Of a stretch of DNA of 64,000 nucleotides, positions 1 to 12,900 are shown piece after piece. Made by a program: the position numbers and the translations under genes. The number at the start of each line of letters is the position of its first letter. Position 1 is the stretch's first letter. The notes beneath the pieces are model-generated. The model ran no database searches. It was not told the origin of the DNA and saw nothing but the letters and a program-made list of their open reading frames with translations. Source of the stretch: an uncultured Ignavibacteria bacterium (GTDB lineage: Bacteria > Bacteroidota > Ignavibacteria > Tepidaquicellales > Tepidaquicellaceae); assembly GCA_937872315.1 (NCBI GenBank), contig CALMST010000252.1:71781-135780 (forward strand), given 5' to 3'.

Positions 1-980
1 TTGGCTTACCTATGGTTACTACATTGTGTTCCCTTACCGGATCATCCGTAAGTGTTGCGCACACAGTTGTTTCAGTTGGTCCGTATGCATTTACTACTCT
101 TATTCCCCGGGATGTAAATGTTTCTGCCGTTTCAATATTCAGCGCTTCTCCTGCCGAGACTATAGTTTTTATTGACGGCATTTCTGCTGTCATATCTCTG
201 ATTGTCTGCTGAAATGAAGAAGGTAATGTTGCTAATTCAATTCCGTATTCATTGATCAGATATTGAAATTTATCAGCCGAGAGAATATCTTCCTTATTAC
301 AAAGTACCAGACAGCCCCTGCTCAGCAAGGTATTGAATATGTCATAACACGATGCATCAAAACCTGATGATGCAAACTGCAGTGTCTTCATTCCCGGTTT
401 CAGCCAAAGCAATTCTTCCTGACTAAGTGAAAGATTAACTACTCCCTTATGTTCGATCATAACGCCTTTTGGCTTTCCTGTCGAACCGGATGTGTAGATA
501 ACATATGCAAGATTTTCCGGAGTTATATCCTTTTGTAAATTTTCTTTTGAATGCTTGCTGATCTCACTTTTCTCTGAATCAATTTCAATAATTTCAACAC
601 TGTTTAATTCAGGTAATCTCAGTCCGTTATCAAATGTCTTTCTGCTTGTGATAAGTAAATTTGCATTTATATCCTCAAGCATAAACAACATTCTTTCTTC
701 CGGATATTCAGGATCGATCGGGACATAAGCAGCGCCTGCTTTAAGTATTCCGAATATTGCAATGATCATTTCAATGCTCCTGTCTATGCAGATAGGAACA
801 AATGTTTCGGTCTTTACCCCTTTCTCTTTTAAGTAATGGGCAAACTGATTCGAGCGTTCATTAAGTTCAATGTATGATACCTTTTCATTCTCATACTCAA
901 GCGCTATCGATTCGGGTATTTGTTTTCCGTATTCTTCAACTATATCTGCTATAGTTTTTTCTTTTGGATAATTTCTTTCA
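1..980 (-). other. NRPS domain: adenylation domain A4, truncated by window edge (partial code DAYTVAAVC-, Phe/Tyr-like)
   Basis: Verified motifs: YTSGSTGKPKG (~461-521), SSGFDASCYDIF (~330-365), GIELATLPSSF (~205-240), TIVSAGEA (~150-175) and NAYGPTETTVCAT (~65-100). Confidence 0.75.
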
Positions 981-3900
981 TTATCATTAAACTCAATAAG
1001 CAGCTGCCTTGACTCTTTTTCAGTGATCATATTTAAAGTACCGATCTTCTGATCAGGAGATTTCAAAACAGAAACAAGAATTTCCTTGAAGTGAGAAGTC
1101 ATTCTTAAGATCGTCTCTTCAGTATAAAGATCTGTACAATACTCAACATTTCCTTCAATGCCTTCCGGTGTTTCAGTAAGACTGAAAGTAATATCGATCT
1201 TGGAAATATTATTAGAAAATTCTTCAACATTCAGGATTGCATCTCCAAGTTTGAGCTCCGGAACTTCAGGGGTATTCTGAAGCATAAAAGAAACCTGAAA
1301 CAACGGGCTTCTGCTCATGTCCCGTTGCTTTACAACCGCATCAACTATTTTTTCAAAAGGAACATCCTGATGTTCATATGCTTCAAGTGTGGTTGATCTG
1401 ACTTTATGCAAAAAATCTCTGAAAGGTAATTCACCGTTTATTTCACTTCTCATCGCCACTGTATTTATAAAGAAACCGATCATGTCCTCAGTCTCAGCCT
1501 GTTGTCTTCCGGCTACCGGACTTCCAACTGTGAAATCTTCCTGACCGCTGTATCTGTATAGCAATACATTATAGGCTGACAACAAGGTCATAAACAAAGT
1601 GACATCATTCTGTCTGGAAAATTTAAGCAACGAATCTGTCAGATTTTTGTCAATACTGAAGTTTGCATTTGCACCCTTTTTACTCTGAACTGCCGGTCTT
1701 GCAAAATCAACAGGTAGCTGAAGAGGCTCTACTCCATATAATTTTTCTTTCCAGTAATCTAATTTATTGTCTAATACTTCACCCTGAAGATATTCTCTTT
1801 GCCAGATAGAATAATCGGCAAACTGAATTTCAAGAGGATTTAGATCAGGATCCCTCTTCTCTTCATGTGCTTTGTAGAACTCAACTAGTTCTTTTACAAT
1901 TACTGAGATAGACCAGCCATCAGATGCAATGTGGTGCATAGTTAAAACGAGTATCTGCTCATCGTCATTTAATTTTATTAAATGTCCTCTGAGCATGTTA
2001 TCTGCTGCAAGATCAAACGGAACATTGATCAGCTCCTGAATATAATTCTTTAACGCGGTCTGATGTCCATTATATTTTGTACCGTCAATAAATTCAAGCT
2101 CAAATCCGTCTTTCTCATTTACATACTGGTAAGCTTTTCCTTCATGTTCTTTGATAACTGTACGGAGTATTTCATGTCTGTTTACAATATTCTTAAACGT
2201 ACTTTCCAAAGCTTCTGTATCAACATTCCCTTTTATTCTTAAAACAGCAGGCATATGATACTGAATGCTTCCTTCAAGTTTATCAATGAACCAGATCCGC
2301 TCCTGCGAGAATGATAAAGGTATAAATTCCGGCCGCTCTTTTATTTTGGCAATCGGTAATTTATAAACTTTGCTGTCTGAATTTTTTTCCAAAAGGCGTG
2401 CAAGCTCTTCAACTGTAGGCTGAATGAAAAAATCTTTTATTGAAAGTTCGTAACCGAGCTCTTTCCTGACTGAAGAGATAACCCGCATAGCTAAAAGTGA
2501 GTGACCGCCGAGATCAAAGAAGTTATCTTTAATTCCGATACGATCTGCATGAAGCAATTCTTTCCATATCTCCGCAAGTTTCTCTTCGGTTATATTTCGC
2601 GGAGCAATATATTCATTACTTGCATATTCGGTATCTGCAGGTTTCGGTAATAATTTTTTATTGATCTTTCCGCTTTGATTTAAAGGGAAACTTTCCATTT
2701 CAACCCATACAGCCGGAACCATGTACTGAGGGAGTTTACTCTGCAGATATGAAATTGCTTCTTCTTTTTTAAAGTCTCCGGATGTTGTCACATAAGCAAC
2801 AAGTCTCCTGCTGCCGCTTGCATCTTCAGGCGCAAGCATAACAGTCTGCTGCACCAAGCCGCTTTGCATTAGCACGCTTTCTATCTCACCAAGTTCAATT
2901 CTGAAACCTCTGATCTTTACCTGATCATCCATCCTGCCGGCATACTCTATATTTCCGTCAGGCAGCCATCTGCTCAGATCACCGGTCCTGTATATTCTGC
3001 TGCCTGGAATTTTGCTGAAAGGATCTTTAACGAATTTTTCTTTGGTTAACTCGGGACGATTCAGATAACCTCTCGCAACCTGTACTCCTCCGATATGAAG
3101 CTGACCTATTCCGCCTACAGGTACGAGTTCATCTTCATTATTCAGTATATACATTGAAGTATTTGAGATTGCTTTACCAATCGGTACAATCTCAATTTTC
3201 TTACCGTCTCTGGGCAATTCCCAGTATGTAACTTCTATAGCTGCTTCCGTTGGTCCGTATAAATTATGTAATTCGGTCTTTTCAAATTTCTCTTTAAACA
3301 ATTCCGCATGTGAAGGTTTAAGAGCTTCACCGCTGCAGACTACATATTTTAATCCAGTATTATCTCCACGCTCAATATCATTCAGATATATCTCCAGCAT
3401 CGAAGGAACGAAATGAATCATCGTAATTTTTTCTTTATCAATAACTGATTTCAAATATGAAGTATCCTTTTCACCACCCGGTCTTGCAAATACAAGTCTA
3501 GCTCCGGAGATCAGGAATGAGAATAATTCCCATACAGACACATCAAAACAATAAGTTGTTTTCTGCAGTATTGAATCTTCTGAGGTCAAATTAAAATAAT
3601 CCCTTCCCCAAAGAAGTCTGTTAACAACTCCTCGATGCTCATTCATCACACCCTTCGGCCGGCCTGTCGAACCGGATGTATAAATAACATAAGCAAGATT
3701 GGTTGAATTTATTACTGTATCAACTTTCTCTTTCGAAAACTTTTCTATCTCACTCCAGTCCGAATCAATATTTACCAGTTCAGTATTCACCGGAAATATA
3801 AAACGAGAGCTGCTTTCTTTCTTACTTACAACAATTGAAGCCGATGTATCTTCAAGCAGAAAATTAATTCTTTCCTGCGGGTATTCCGGATCAACAGGAA

Positions 3901-6900
3901 CATATGCCCCTCCCGATTTCATTATGCCAAACAGACCGATTATCATTTCAAGACTTCTCTCCAGACAGATCGGAACTAATGTTTCAATCTTTACTCCCTT
4001 ACTATGTAGATAATGAGCAAGTTGATTTGATTTCTCATCCAGCTCTTTAAATGTCAGCTTTTCATCTTCAAAAACTACTGCTATGCTATCCGGAGTCTTC
4101 TTTACCTGATCTTCAAATAATTCAAATATGGTTTTGTCTTTTGGATAATCAACTTCCTTTCCGTTAAAGTCTGAAAGTATCTGATGTTCTTCCTGTTTTG
4201 TAAGCATCGGCAAAGAACCTATCTTATTCTCCGGATCTTCCGCGACAGAATTTAACAACTCCTTAAAATGAGTCATCATTATTGCTATCGTATTCTCTTT
4301 GAACAGGTCAGTACAATAATCAGCCGAGCCAATAAGCCCTTCAGGGGTTTCTGTCATGGAAACAGATATATCAAACTTGGAAATATTATTTACAAATTCT
4401 TCTTTTTCCAAAACAAGTTTATTCAGATCTATCTCAGGCACTTCCGGAGCATTCTGTAAAATAAACATTATCTGAAACAGCGGACTTCTGCTGACATCCC
4501 TTTGTTTGACAACAGCTTCTACAATTTTCTCAAAAGGTACTTCCTGATTTTCAAAGGCTCCGAATGTATTGATTTTAACCTGCTCAAGTAAATCTGTAAA
4601 AGTAAATGAATTTTCAATTTCATTTCTGAGTACAAGTGTATTCACAAAAAACCCTATCAAATGTTCAGCTTCTTTCTGCTGTCTTCCGGCTACAGGACTT
4701 CCAACACTTATATCCTTCTGACCGCTGTATCTGTAAAGAAGTATATTGAATGCTGCAAGTAAAGTCATGTAAAGTGTTGCGCCGTTTTGTTTAGACAACT
4801 GCTCAAGTTTATCTGTGAGTTCTTTGCTTATCTTAAACTCAAAGGATGCGCCTCTGATACTCTGGACTGCAGGTCTTATAAAATCAGCCGGAAGCTGAAG
4901 CGGTTCGGCTCCGGTTAATTTTGATTTCCAGTATTCCAGTTTTTTATCTAACACTTCATCTGTAAGATATTTTTTCTGCCATATGGAAAAATCTGCATAT
5001 TGAATCTGTAACGGAAGCAAATTTGCTTCCCTGTTTTCACAATATGCTTTGTAAAGTTCTGAAAGTTCATTTACAATTACTGACAAAGACCAGCCATCTG
5101 AAGATATGTGATGCATTGTTACCACAAGAACACTTTCATTTTCATCAACATTAATAAGATCCGCTCTCAGCATAAAATCCGATAAAAGATCAAATGGTTT
5201 ATTGATAAGATCCTGAATATAGCTTTGTAATCCGGCAGCATCATTTTTGAATTCTGCACCGTCCATTTCATGAAGCCCCCATTTGTTACTATTCAGTATT
5301 TTCTGATATCCCGTACCGTTTTTTTCATATATAACTGTTCTTAAAACTTCATGTCTTTCAATAATACTTTGCAATGCTTTTGATAAAGCAGTTTTATTAA
5401 TATCACCTTTCAATCTGAATACAGCCGGGATGTGATACTGGACTGTACCTTCCAGACGGTCTATAAACCATAATCTTTCCTGACTGAATGATAACGGAAT
5501 ATGTTCCGGTCTATCATCCGCTTTGATCGGCGGTAAAACTGAGAAAGAATTTCCTTTCAGGATCAGGTCAGCCAGTTCGGTAATTGTTGGATAATAAAAA
5601 ATATCTTTTATGCTTATCTCAGAATTAAATTCCCGCCTGATAGCCGAGATCAGTCTAATTGCAAGCAAAGAATGTCCGCCGAGCTCAAAGAAGTTATCGT
5701 TAATTCCCGCCTGCTCAATGTTTAAAAGGTCTTTCCAAATTGCAGCAAGTTTTTCTTCAGTCTCATTCCGCGGAGCAATATATTCATTTCTTAAAAGTTC
5801 ACTGGCATCAATATCCGGTAAAGCTTTTTTATTGATCTTTCCGCTGGTGTTAAGAGGCAGGCTTTCCATTTCAACCCAGAGAGCAGGAATCATATAATCC
5901 GGAAGTTTATGTCTGAGTTGTGAGATGATCTCTTCTTTATTGAAATTAAAACCATCTTCCGGTACTACATATGCAACTAGTTTTTTTGTACCCGCTTTAT
6001 CTTCCTTTGCAAGTATTACTGCATTACTTACCGATTCTATTTCAAACAATACACTCTCGATCTCACTCAGCTCAATTCTGTACCCGCGTATCTTGACCTG
6101 ATCATCTATCCTTCCAAGATATTCAATATTCCCCTCAGCAGTCCATCTGCACAGGTCACCTGTTTTATATATTTTAGAATCCGGATCATTACTGAACGGA
6201 TTCGGAATAAATTTTTCCTTTGTTAATTCTTCATTGCTGATATATCCCATAGATACACCATCTCCGCCGATATGCAGCTCTCCTCCGACACCAACCGGAA
6301 CTAATTTTCCCGATGTATCCAGAACATACAGCTGAGTATTGGATAAAGGTTTTCCGATCGGAACCGTGCCTTCATTTCTTTTTTCATTAACGGTATATGA
6401 AGTTGCATAGGTTGTTGTCTCCGTAGGTCCGTAAACATGCATGATGACATTATCACCAACTACATCCAGGGCTCTGTTTACGTGTGAAAGCGAAACCATT
6501 TCACCTCCGAATAATATCTTTCTCAAACTCCTGAAAGCCTCCGCATTAATATCAACAATCGTATTGAACAAAGCTGTTGTCATAAAGACAACAGAAATTT
6601 TTTGTTCTGTCATAACTCTCGCAAGTTCGTCTCCGTCCGATGCCCATTCATCTTTTATCAGATGCAGACTGGCACCGGTCAGAAGCGATCCATAGATATC
6701 ATAAGTCGAACCGTCAAAAGAATAATTTGACCATTGAAGCACCCTGTCTCCTTCTCTGATCGCTATGCCGCCTGTATCATAAACAAGTTTGATAACATTT
6801 CTGTGACTTACTGCAATACCTTTAGGACGGCCTGTTGTACCTGAAGTAAACATTACATAAATGCATGAATCAATTTTAGCTTTTATGCCCGGTGTTTTAT

Positions 6901-9900
6901 CTGAAGCAGATTCTGAATCTTCTATATTTATGAAATCATAAAAAGAAAATTCTTTTAGACCACTTTTTTCAAGTAAGTTTTTATCGGTATATACAATATT
7001 TTTAATTCCACAGTCTTCCGTGATGAATTGAATTCTTTCAGCAGGGTAATCGGTATTGAACGGAACATAGGAGCAACCTGCTTTTAGTATCCCGAATATT
7101 CCGGTCATCATCTCAATACATCTGTATGATAACAATCCGATCTTATCACCCGGATTAATTCCTTTTCCGATCAGATGATTAGCAAGTTTACTGGCACGAT
7201 CATCGAGTTCCTTATAAGTAATGCTTTCATTTTCATATACCACTGCAATTGACTCAGGTGTCTTTAAAACCTGCTCTTCAAATAATTCGACAGCACTTTT
7301 ATCAACGGGATATTCAGCTTCTGTATCATTGAATTCTGATAATAATTTTTTCTCATCAGATTCAGAAAGTATATAAATATCATTAATACTTTTTTTCTCA
7401 TTTGAAATTATCTGCTGAAGTACATTCTCAAAGTGTTTGCTTATCTCATTAATGTATTCCCGGTTGAATACATTTTCATTATAAATGAAATTAATATTTA
7501 TCTGATCCGAATTATTTATAAGCAAAGATAAAGGATAATTACTCTGCTCCTTCATCATGACATTATCAACTTTAAGCTTCCAGTTCTTGGATCTGATGAG
7601 CTCGTTTAGCGGATAATTCTCAAATACAATTATGCTGTCAAACAGATCACCACTTATACCTGTTTGATTCTGAATTTCCTGTAATGGTGTGTATTGATAC
7701 TTAGCAGACTCAACCTGTTTGCTTTGAATTTCCTGAAGCCAGTTAATCGTCTCTGCTTTATCTTTTTGTAAAAGTCTGGAATGAAGAGGAAGAGTGTTGA
7801 TGTATAGCCCGACTTTCTTTTCTATTCCCGGCAGTTCGTCCGGACGGCCTGAAACGATCACTCCGAATGCAACATCTTCATTTCCTGTATATCTGTGCAG
7901 AAGATATGACCAGACACCCTGCAGTAAAGTATTTAATGTTAAGCGGTTCTTTTGTGCGTATGATTCTGCTCTATCCTTTGTCTCTTCATTCAGGATCAAA
8001 TTAAAAGTATCATAATCTCCGACGCCTTTTGTTCGCTGGGTTGTAATACCCGAAAATGGAAGCAGAGTACTTTGCTCAATTCCCTGCATGTAATCCTTCC
8101 AGTAAATCAGCTGTTCATCTTTATCTTTTCTTTCCAGGAACCTGATGTAATCAAGATAATTATCAGAATCCGTTTTTATATTTTCATCACTACCTGTAAG
8201 ATCTTCATAAGTCTTTAAAAACTCTTCCATCAGAATTGCAAGTGACCAGCCGTCAAATAACAAATGATGCGAAGTCCATATCATTTTATAATTGCTCTCA
8301 TCGAGTTTCAGCAGGACAATATTCATTAGCGGCACAGAGCTCAGGGAAAAACCGTTTAAACGGTTTTTTTCGCTAATTCCCTCAATAGTCAGCCGCTGCT
8401 CTTCGCTTCCCATCCCGCTCAGATCCTTCAAAATTACAGGCATCTCAACATCCCTGTATACCACCTGAACCGGAATTCTGAACACATCATTATAAAAACC
8501 ACTTCTTAGCGAACTGTGATTTACTATGAGCTGATTCCAGCTCTTCCTTATCAGTTCAATATCCGGATCTTTCAGATCACAGCTCAGCTGTTCAATATAT
8601 GCTCCGCCGTCAGTATCATATAAAGCATGGAACAGCATTCCTTCCTGAAGACCACTTAATCTGTATATCGATTCTATATTATTTCTTCGGGTTGTGTCCC
8701 CGTATTTTTCATCGAGAAATCCGTCAAGTTCTTCATAACTTATTTCTGAACCAAGACCGAAATCCGAAGGAGTAAATATAAGATCTGAATTTTTAACTCC
8801 GAGACAGTGTGTAATTATTGTATTCAGATTTTCTGAATAATCACTGGTAAGTTTATTTATCGTATCAAATTCAAAATGCTTGGTGCTGTAGTTCCAGTTT
8901 AAAACTAACTTATCATCTTTAATGATGGCATTGATTGTCAGTTTCTCTCTTACTTTTTGTTCCGGACTAATGTCTGTTCCGGCAGCTGCAGGAGTACCGG
9001 AAAATATATTGCTTTCGCCTGTCACGTTATCCAGTTGCCCTAAATAATTATACAATATTTCCGGAGTAATGCTGTCTTCAAAATTCCCGTTTTTATTTAT
9101 ATACTTTAACACACCATATCCCAGCCCTTTACCGGGAATTCTTCTAATCTGTTCTTTTACAGACTTTATATGATCCGAAATATTTTTTTCAGAATCTGCG
9201 TTCAGCAGTACAGGATATATACTCGTGAACCACCCTACCGTCCTGCTTATATCTATTCTATCGGAAATTTCTTCACGTCCATGACCTTCCATTCCGATTA
9301 CAATCTGCCCGGAATTTTCTCTGCTGCATAATGTCATGGCTAAAGCGCAAAGCAGAATATCATTAATATCAGTATGATAAATACCCGGAACATCCTTTAA
9401 TAAATGACGGGTCTTAGTCTGATCTAGTTCTACAGTCTTTAATTCTATATCTTTTGCAATTAATTCAGCTGAATATTCTTTATCGACTTTAATTTGTTTA
9501 TAACTATCCTGAATTTGTTTCCAGTAATTTTCCTGAGATTGTAATCTTTTACTTTTTCCGAATTCCGCAAGTGCCTGATACCATTGTCTGTATGAGCTTC
9601 CTTTTTCTCCAAGCTCCGGTTCAATTCCATTCCGGTAATTTTCCAGGATCATTTCAAGATCACCAAGTAAAATTCTCCATGAGACTCCGTCAACAGCAAG
9701 ATGATGTATTATAATGAATATCCTGTTATTTAATTCTTCTTCAGGTGTTAATACTAATACAAACCTTGCTAGTTCACCTTTCTCAATATCCAGACTCTTC
9801 TGATAATTTTCAGCATGCTCTTTAATTAAATCTTCTAATTCTTTTTTATCTGCTCTTGAATTTCTAAGATCAGCAGTCAATAATATTCCGTTTGCAGTTC

Positions 9901-12900
9901 CGTATCTCTGTATCCATTCATTTTCATTTTTACGATATTCAAATCTTAACGCATCGTGATAAGAAGTTAATTGTTCTACGGCTTTACCGAGCATTTCCTG
10001 TGTAATACTTTTATCAATGCTTAGCAGAATACTCTGATTGAAATGTGATTTATTCTCCCCTGCTCTTTCAAAATATGCTTGCTGAACCGGAAGTAATCCG
10101 GCAATACCGGATAACAATCCCTGCTCCCCTGTATAAATATCCTTTGATCTTGTCTCAATTGCAGATGATAATTTTCTGATAGTCTGATAAATAAATATAT
10201 CAGCAGGTTTCATTTCTATACCTGCTCTTCTTGCTCTGCTTACCACCTGAATAGTAATGATCGAATCACCTCCGAGTTCAAAAAAATTATCATTTATTCC
10301 GACTTTATCCAAATTCAATAATTCTTTCCAGATCCCGGCAATAGAAATTTCAATTTCATTTCGGGGCTCTTCATGTTCATTTGTCAGAAGTTCACTAAGA
10401 TCAGGATCGGGTAAAGCTTTTCTGTCAACCTTTCCGTTCTTATTCAATGGTAAACTTACCATATCCACAAATATTGCGGGGATCATATACTCTGGAAGTT
10501 TTCTTCCCAGATATGCAATGATCCTTTCCTTATCAAATTTCCCTTCAGGTACTATATATCCGATGAGTCTCTTTCCGCCTGATGATGTCTCGGAAGCTAC
10601 TACAACAGACTGCTTAACTGCTCCGCTTTCCTGAATGACACTTTCTATTTCACCAAGTTCAATTCTGAAACCTCTGATTTTTACCTGATCATCTATTCTG
10701 CCTTTGTATTCAATATTGCCGTCATCAAGCCAACGGCAGATATCCCCGGTTTTATATAATGTTGAATCAATGTCTTTACTGAATGGATTTTTTATGAAAC
10801 TCTCTTTAGTCAGTTCCGGAGAATTCAAATATCCGCGGGCCAAACAATCACCTCCTAAATACAACTCACCGTTGACTCCTACGGGTACTCTGTTTCCGGC
10901 TTTATCAAGAATGTAAACTTTGACATTAGAAAGCGGTTTCCCGATAGGAAGTGAATTTCCATAAAATTTATTTTCAGATGCGTTAAATTCTATCGCCGTA
11001 ACAGTTGTCTCTGTTGGTCCATACTCATTATAAAATACGGTGGTGTTTTTCCAGTAATCGGCTAATTCTGGCTTGCACACATCACCACCTGCTATTACTC
11101 TTTTAAAATAAATATGGTTTTCCGGTTTTACATTTTCCAGAAATGAAGGTGTAGCGTGGAGATGTGTTATTTTCTGATCAACTAAAAATTTTTCAAAAAG
11201 CTCTTTATTGAGCTGCAATCCATCCGGAATCAAAACAAGAGGCACTGCATTAAATAAAGCAAGAAAAATCTGTTCGACTGATGCATCAAAACTGAAATTT
11301 GCGAATTGTAAAATTCTTTCATCTTCTGATATTCCAAAATATTTAGTCTGAGCAAATATGAGATTTACAACTGTTCCGTGCTCTATCATTACGCCTTTCG
11401 GCTTGCCTGTGGATCCTGATGTATAAATTATATAAGCAAGATTTTTCTGATCAATATTTACTTTGACATTTTCTTTTGAATGACTTTTTATCTCCTGATC
11501 AGTATCAAGTTCAGTTGCTCTGTCAGAATACTCAGCAGGTAGTTTTGATCTGCATTTCTTACTGCTGAGAATAAATTCAGCTCCGGTATCTTCAATTATA
11601 AACTTTTTCCTGTCCTCAGGGTATTGGGGATCAATGGGAACGTATGCCGCTCCTGCCTTGAGAATACCGAGTATTCCCGCAATCATATCAAATCCACGCT
11701 CAATACAGATCGGAACTAATGTTTCATTTTTAATTCCCCTGCTTATCAAATAATTTGCGATCTGATTCGACTTCTCATTAAGTTCAGGATATGTTAAACT
11801 TTGATCTTCATAAATCAAGGCTGCTTTATCAGGAGTATTCTCTGTCCGCTCTTCTATAATTTCTATAATACTTTTTTCTTTCGGAAATTCAGCATTCGTT
11901 CCGGCAAAAGCATCTAATTGTATATTTTCATCTTCGGTTAATATCGATAATGAATCTATTTTTTCTTCAGGTGATCTGGCAATAGAATTCAGCAGCTCCG
12001 AATAATGATCTGCCATTCTTAAAATTGTTTTCTCATTAAAAAGCTCTGTGCAGTAAATGATCTCACATTTCAATTCACTCTCAGTTTCAGTAATATTGAA
12101 AGTAATTTCATACATTGATGTATCAGGGATCAGATCTTCGCGTTCAATTTCCAGATCATTTAATTTCAATGCTTCAGCCTCAGGTGTGTTATGAAGGATG
12201 AACATTACCTGGAACAATGGACTTCTGTTTAGTATCCTCTCCTTTACAGTTGCTTCCACTACTTTTTCAAAAGGCACTTCCTGATGACCAAATGCTTTAA
12301 GTGAATTAGATCTGACTTCTTTTAGAAATTCAGTGAATGGAATATTACCTTTTACTTCGTTTCTCAGCGCAAGTGTATTTATAAAGAATCCGATGAGCTT
12401 CTCAAATTCCTGTTTATGTCTGCCTGCTACAGGAGTTCCTGCACATATATCTTCCTGACCAGTGTACCTGTAAAGAAGTACATTGAAAGCCGAAAGCAAT
12501 GTCATGAAAAGCGTAGCATTATTTTCATTTCCTAAAACAACAAGTTTGTCCCTTAATTCTTTTTTAATTTCAAATTTTACTGAAGCACCGCGGATACTTT
12601 GTGAATTTGGTCTGGGAAGATCAGTAGGCAGTTCGAGTGGCTCTACTCCCTGAAGTTCATTTTTCCAGAATTCCAGTTTATTATTCAGAATTTCATCCCG
12701 GATATTCTCACGCTGCCAAATGGCATGATCGGCGTATTGAATATTCAGCTCAGGCAAAATACTTTTCCTGTTCTCAATGAAAGAAGAATATAGTTCCAGA
12801 AACTCTTCCGCAAAAATAGAAACAGACCATCCGTCTGAAGCTATGTGATGCAAGGTTATGATCAATATATTTTCATCAGTTCCTGTGTTGATAAGATCTG

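Noticed and set aside
12-10916. Ten plus-strand ORFs of 63-125 aa listed in the track (12-212, 3699-4013, 4268-4459, 5610-5897, 6441-6695, 7794-8015, 10257-10634, 10704-10916 and others).
   Set aside because: All lie antisense to a continuous reverse-strand NRPS frame with textbook C/A/T/E motifs. Their translations are Ser/Ile/Phe-rich low-complexity sequences typical of shadow ORFs.
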